A DNA stretch of 26,442 nt from a virus (lineage: Duplodnaviria; Caudoviricetes), in the IMG/VR virus record IMGVR_UViG_3300020042_003824, positions 1 to 26,442 of that record; one strand, 5' to 3'. A program made the position numbers and the translations under genes. Shown here one piece after another: positions 23,696 through 26,442 of this stretch. Positions within the stretch are counted from its first letter, which is position 1; the number at the start of each line of letters is the position of its first letter. The notes beneath the pieces are model-generated. The model ran no database searches. It was not told where the DNA came from and saw only the letters and a list, made by a program, of their open reading frames with translations.

Positions 23696-24222
23696 CTTAC
23701 TACCCACAAAACAAAACACCGGAGGAGCGTAAAGCAATCTCCGCTAAAGGTGTTGCCACGAGACAGAAGAATAAACGTGAGCGTGAAGCCCAAAGACTTT
23801 TGGATATTGAGCGACGAGATGCATTGAAGTGTGAGATCAAAGAACTGGAATTAAAACGTAGGGTTTTAGAGCGTCATGAGTTGAGCGATAAGACTGCTTT
23901 GACATTGACAAGCAAAGTTTTGTTAAGCGAAGCCGAGATTGTCAATGCGGCTAACCCTTATGAGTTAGCAACAGGCGTTTACTTCTTGATTGATGACGAC
24001 AAGATTGTTTATGTTGGGCAGTCAGTAAATGTGTACACAAGGGTTGCTGAACATCATGACAAACTATTTAATAGTTTTGCATTTATACCTTGTGAGAAGG
24101 ATATGCTTAACAGTCTTGAGTCTTTGTACATCCACGTACTACGTCCTCCACTCAACGGCAATCAGCATGGCGGGAAACAAGCGCCGCTATCTTTTAACAA
24201 ACTTATGAGGATGTTCGCATGA
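23692..24222 (+). CDS. GIY-YIG nuclease-domain protein
   Basis: GVYFL-x7-YVGQS-x5-R-x3-H...E; basic coiled-coil N-terminus. Confidence 0.8.
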   Translation: MTYYPQNKTPEERKAISAKGVATRQKNKREREAQRLLDIERRDALKCEIKELELKRRVLERHELSDKTALTLTSKVLLSEAEIVNAANPYELATGVYFLIDDDKIVYVGQSVNVYTRVAEHHDKLFNSFAFIPCEKDMLNSLESLYIHVLRPPLNGNQHGGKQAPLSFNKLMRMFA

Positions 24223-24875
24223 GCTACACATGGTCGTTTTCATCGTTCAAGCAGTACGTCAACTGCCCCAAGCAGTACCAAGAAATCAAGGTATTGAAAC
24301 GGTTCTTTGTGAAGCCAACGCAGGAGATGACCTACGGCAACGAGGTGCATAGGGCGTTAGAAGATTACGTGAAGGACGGCTCTCCACTTGCTAAGAACTA
24401 TGAGCGATTCAAACCGCTGATGGATACCTTGATAGAGATAGATGGCGAGAAACATGCTGAGTTGAGGATGGCTCTCGATCGGGACGGCAACGCTAGTGAA
24501 TATGGTAAGGGATACTGGGTGCGGGGTATTGTTGACCTGCTTATAACGGAGGGCGAACTCGCCCACATCCTCGACTACAAGACTGGCAGTAGCAAGTACC
24601 CTGATACAAAACAGTTAAAGCTGATGGCGCTGATGACCTTTGCCAAGTTCCCACAGATTAACCGAGTCAAGGCTGGTCTGCTGTTTGTCATGCACGATGC
24701 GTTCACAACCGAAGAATACACTCGAGATCAGATCCCCGAGTTGTGGAATGCGTTCAAGAATGACCTTGCGCGGATGGATGCTTCATACGAAAATGACGTC
24801 TGGAATCCTAATCCCACCCCGCTGTGCGGCTGGTGCCCTGTGACAACCTGTGACTTCTATAAAGAAAGGCGTTAG
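24219..24875 (+). CDS. Cas4/RecB-like PD-(D/E)XK exonuclease
   Basis: WSFSS...CP...GNEVH...E...RGIVD...DYKTG...QLKLMA...CGWCPVTTC (1+3 Cys). Confidence 0.85.
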   Translation: MSYTWSFSSFKQYVNCPKQYQEIKVLKRFFVKPTQEMTYGNEVHRALEDYVKDGSPLAKNYERFKPLMDTLIEIDGEKHAELRMALDRDGNASEYGKGYWVRGIVDLLITEGELAHILDYKTGSSKYPDTKQLKLMALMTFAKFPQINRVKAGLLFVMHDAFTTEEYTRDQIPELWNAFKNDLARMDASYENDVWNPNPTPLCGWCPVTTCDFYKERR

Positions 24876-24877
24876 CC

Positions 24878-25132
24878 ATGCCCTACGTAACTAAACCAAG
24901 ACCATACAAAAAAGAATATGAACAACAACAAACTCGTGGAGAAAACGATAACCGAATGGAGCGCCAACGCGCCCGAAGAAAGCTTGACGCTGAAGGTGTT
25001 AGCCGCAAAGGAAAAGATGTTGCACACGTCAAGGCTCTATCTAAAGGTGGATCAAACAAAGACGGTATCCGACTTGAAGCACCCAGCAAGAATAGATCTT
25101 TTGCAAGAAAGTCTAGCGGTGCAATGAAGTAA
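24878..25132 (+). CDS. HNH-like endonuclease
   Basis: DVAHVKALSKGGSN...KNRS; basic protein. Confidence 0.7.
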   Translation: MPYVTKPRPYKKEYEQQQTRGENDNRMERQRARRKLDAEGVSRKGKDVAHVKALSKGGSNKDGIRLEAPSKNRSFARKSSGAMK

Positions 25133-25133
25133 T

Positions 25134-25277
25134 TGTCGTTGCTGTAAGGCGTGGGTGGGCAACGGCGGGGGTTTTGCAGATTTTGACCCCCTCGGTAACT
25201 ATGTCAGTCAAGCGGTGTTTTGAGTTCTCTCTCCTTTCGCACGACAGGCTTGGTCGACTAGCCCCCGTAAGGGGCTA
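25134..25277 (+). ncRNA. Candidate structured RNA / leader upstream of helicase
   Basis: Four abutting stem-loops with G-U pairs on the plus strand; C/U-rich anti-SD-like loop. No known family recognised. Confidence 0.45.
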
Positions 25278-25301
25278 CGTTAAAACTCAGTAAAGGTCAG
25301 T

Positions 25302-26442
25302 ATGGAAGTCATTGAAAAAACGGCAGTGCGCATGGTAGTGCCGTCAAATGAAGTAAGTCTCTTAGTCGGGCACATCAAAAAGTGCGAGGTACTTAGAGAT
25401 GATGGGGAATCAGCAGAGGTGCTGATCTACTGGGGCATTGAGGAGATGCAACGCCTCGTCAGGGTGTACGGAGAAGCTCCTTCACCAATATACGAACAAT
25501 ACGACTGGCCCGGAATGTATACGCCATTCGTTCACCAGAAAACTACTGCATCATACTTAGCTCTTAGAGACAGGGTATTTTGTTTTAATGAGGCTGGTAC
25601 AGGCAAAACGTCCTCAGTTATTTGGGCGGCAGACTACCTGATGAATCAAAAACAGATCAAGCGGGTGCTAGTCATTTGCCCCTTGTCCATCATGTACTCA
25701 GCGTGGCAGGCTGACATCTTCAAAACTGCCATGCACAGAACCGTTGCCGTAGCGTACGGGGATGCCAACAAGCGCAAGAAGATTATTAACGGAGAGTACG
25801 AATTTGTCATCATTAACTTTGATGGGGTGGGGATTGTTGCGGATGATATAAGTAAAGTAGGGTTTGACCTAATTGTTATTGACGAAGCGAACGCATATAA
25901 AACGGTATCTACAAAACGTTGGAAGACCTTGGCTAAGCTCATCACCCCCTCAACCAAACTTTGGATGCTCACAGGCACACCCGCCTCGCAGTCTCCGCTG
26001 GATGCGTTTGGCTTGGCGAAGCTGGTCAACCCTGCTGGCGTACCCAAGTACGTAACCGCATGGCGCGATAGGGTGATGATGGCGGTATCCAAATTTAAGT
26101 GGGTTCCGAAGTCAACTGCCCAAGCAGATGTGTTCAACGCTTTGCAACCCGCCATTCGTTTCGAGAAAGCAGACTGCCTTGATTTGCCTGAGGTGATGTA
26201 CCAGACAAGGGAAGTTCCTTTGACATCTCAAGTTATCAAATACTACAACTGGCTGAAGAATCAACTGCTGATCGAAGCCGCAGGAGAGCAAGTTAGTGCA
26301 GTAAACGCCGCAGCGAAGCTAAGCAAGCTGTTGCAAATATCGGGTGGAGCAGTCTATACCGATACCAAAGAGGTCGTGGAGTTTGATGTTTCACCACGCC
26401 TTAACGCCTTGATGGAGGTGCTGGAGGAGACGATACACAAGG
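25302..26442 (+). CDS. SNF2-like SF2 helicase (runs off window)
   Basis: Not in track because no stop lies in the window. Hand translation: PFVHQ, FNEAGTGKT, VICPLS, IVIDEAN, LTGTP. Confidence 0.9.
   Translation, partial: MEVIEKTAVRMVVPSNEVSLLVGHIKKCEVLRDDGESAEVLIYWGIEEMQRLVRVYGEAPSPIYEQYDWPGMYTPFVHQKTTASYLALRDRVFCFNEAGTGKTSSVIWAADYLMNQKQIKRVLVICPLSIMYSAWQADIFKTAMHRTVAVAYGDANKRKKIINGEYEFVIINFDGVGIVADDISKVGFDLIVIDEANAYKTVSTKRWKTLAKLITPSTKLWMLTGTPASQSPLDAFGLAKLVNPAGVPKYVTAWRDRVMMAVSKFKWVPKSTAQADVFNALQPAIRFEKADCLDLPEVMYQTREVPLTSQVIKYYNWLKNQLLIEAAGEQVSAVNAAAKLSKLLQISGGAVYTDTKEVVEFDVSPRLNALMEVLEETIHK

Noticed and set aside
25134-25277. tRNA or tmRNA
   Set aside because: No T-loop GTTCRA, cloverleaf or CCA end.

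Overview
A 26.4-kb segment of a tailed dsDNA phage genome (podovirus-like gene set; no integrase, RNA polymerase or tRNA seen in the window). The left arm (1-7471, minus strand) is a head/packaging operon: probable small terminase, large terminase, an inserted 2OG-Fe(II)-oxygenase-like gene, portal, GroES-like co-chaperonin, scaffold-like protein and the start of a head-associated gene. A strand switch with nine clustered G-tracts (7749-7816) separates it from a plus-strand early/replication arm. That arm opens with three self-contained promoter-hairpin-gene-terminator-repeat cassettes. The first cassette contains a complete type I hammerhead ribozyme (8266-8317) that overlaps a stop codon between two genes. 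Next come an iteron-rich, AT-rich probable origin (10375-10734), small acidic early genes, a DUF3150-like / AAA+ ATPase / metallopeptidase-vWA module, VRR-NUC, DUF3310, family A DNA polymerase (Leu762 type), GIY-YIG, Cas4-like and HNH nucleases, a structured intergenic RNA candidate, and a truncated SNF2-like helicase. Several recurrent motifs point to a dedicated regulatory network: TTTGAnRCCAGTTAT after terminators, TTCCAC-N6-GTGGAA palindromes and TTGAC-N6-GTCAA promoter palindromes. All family assignments come from motif recognition by eye, not database searches.
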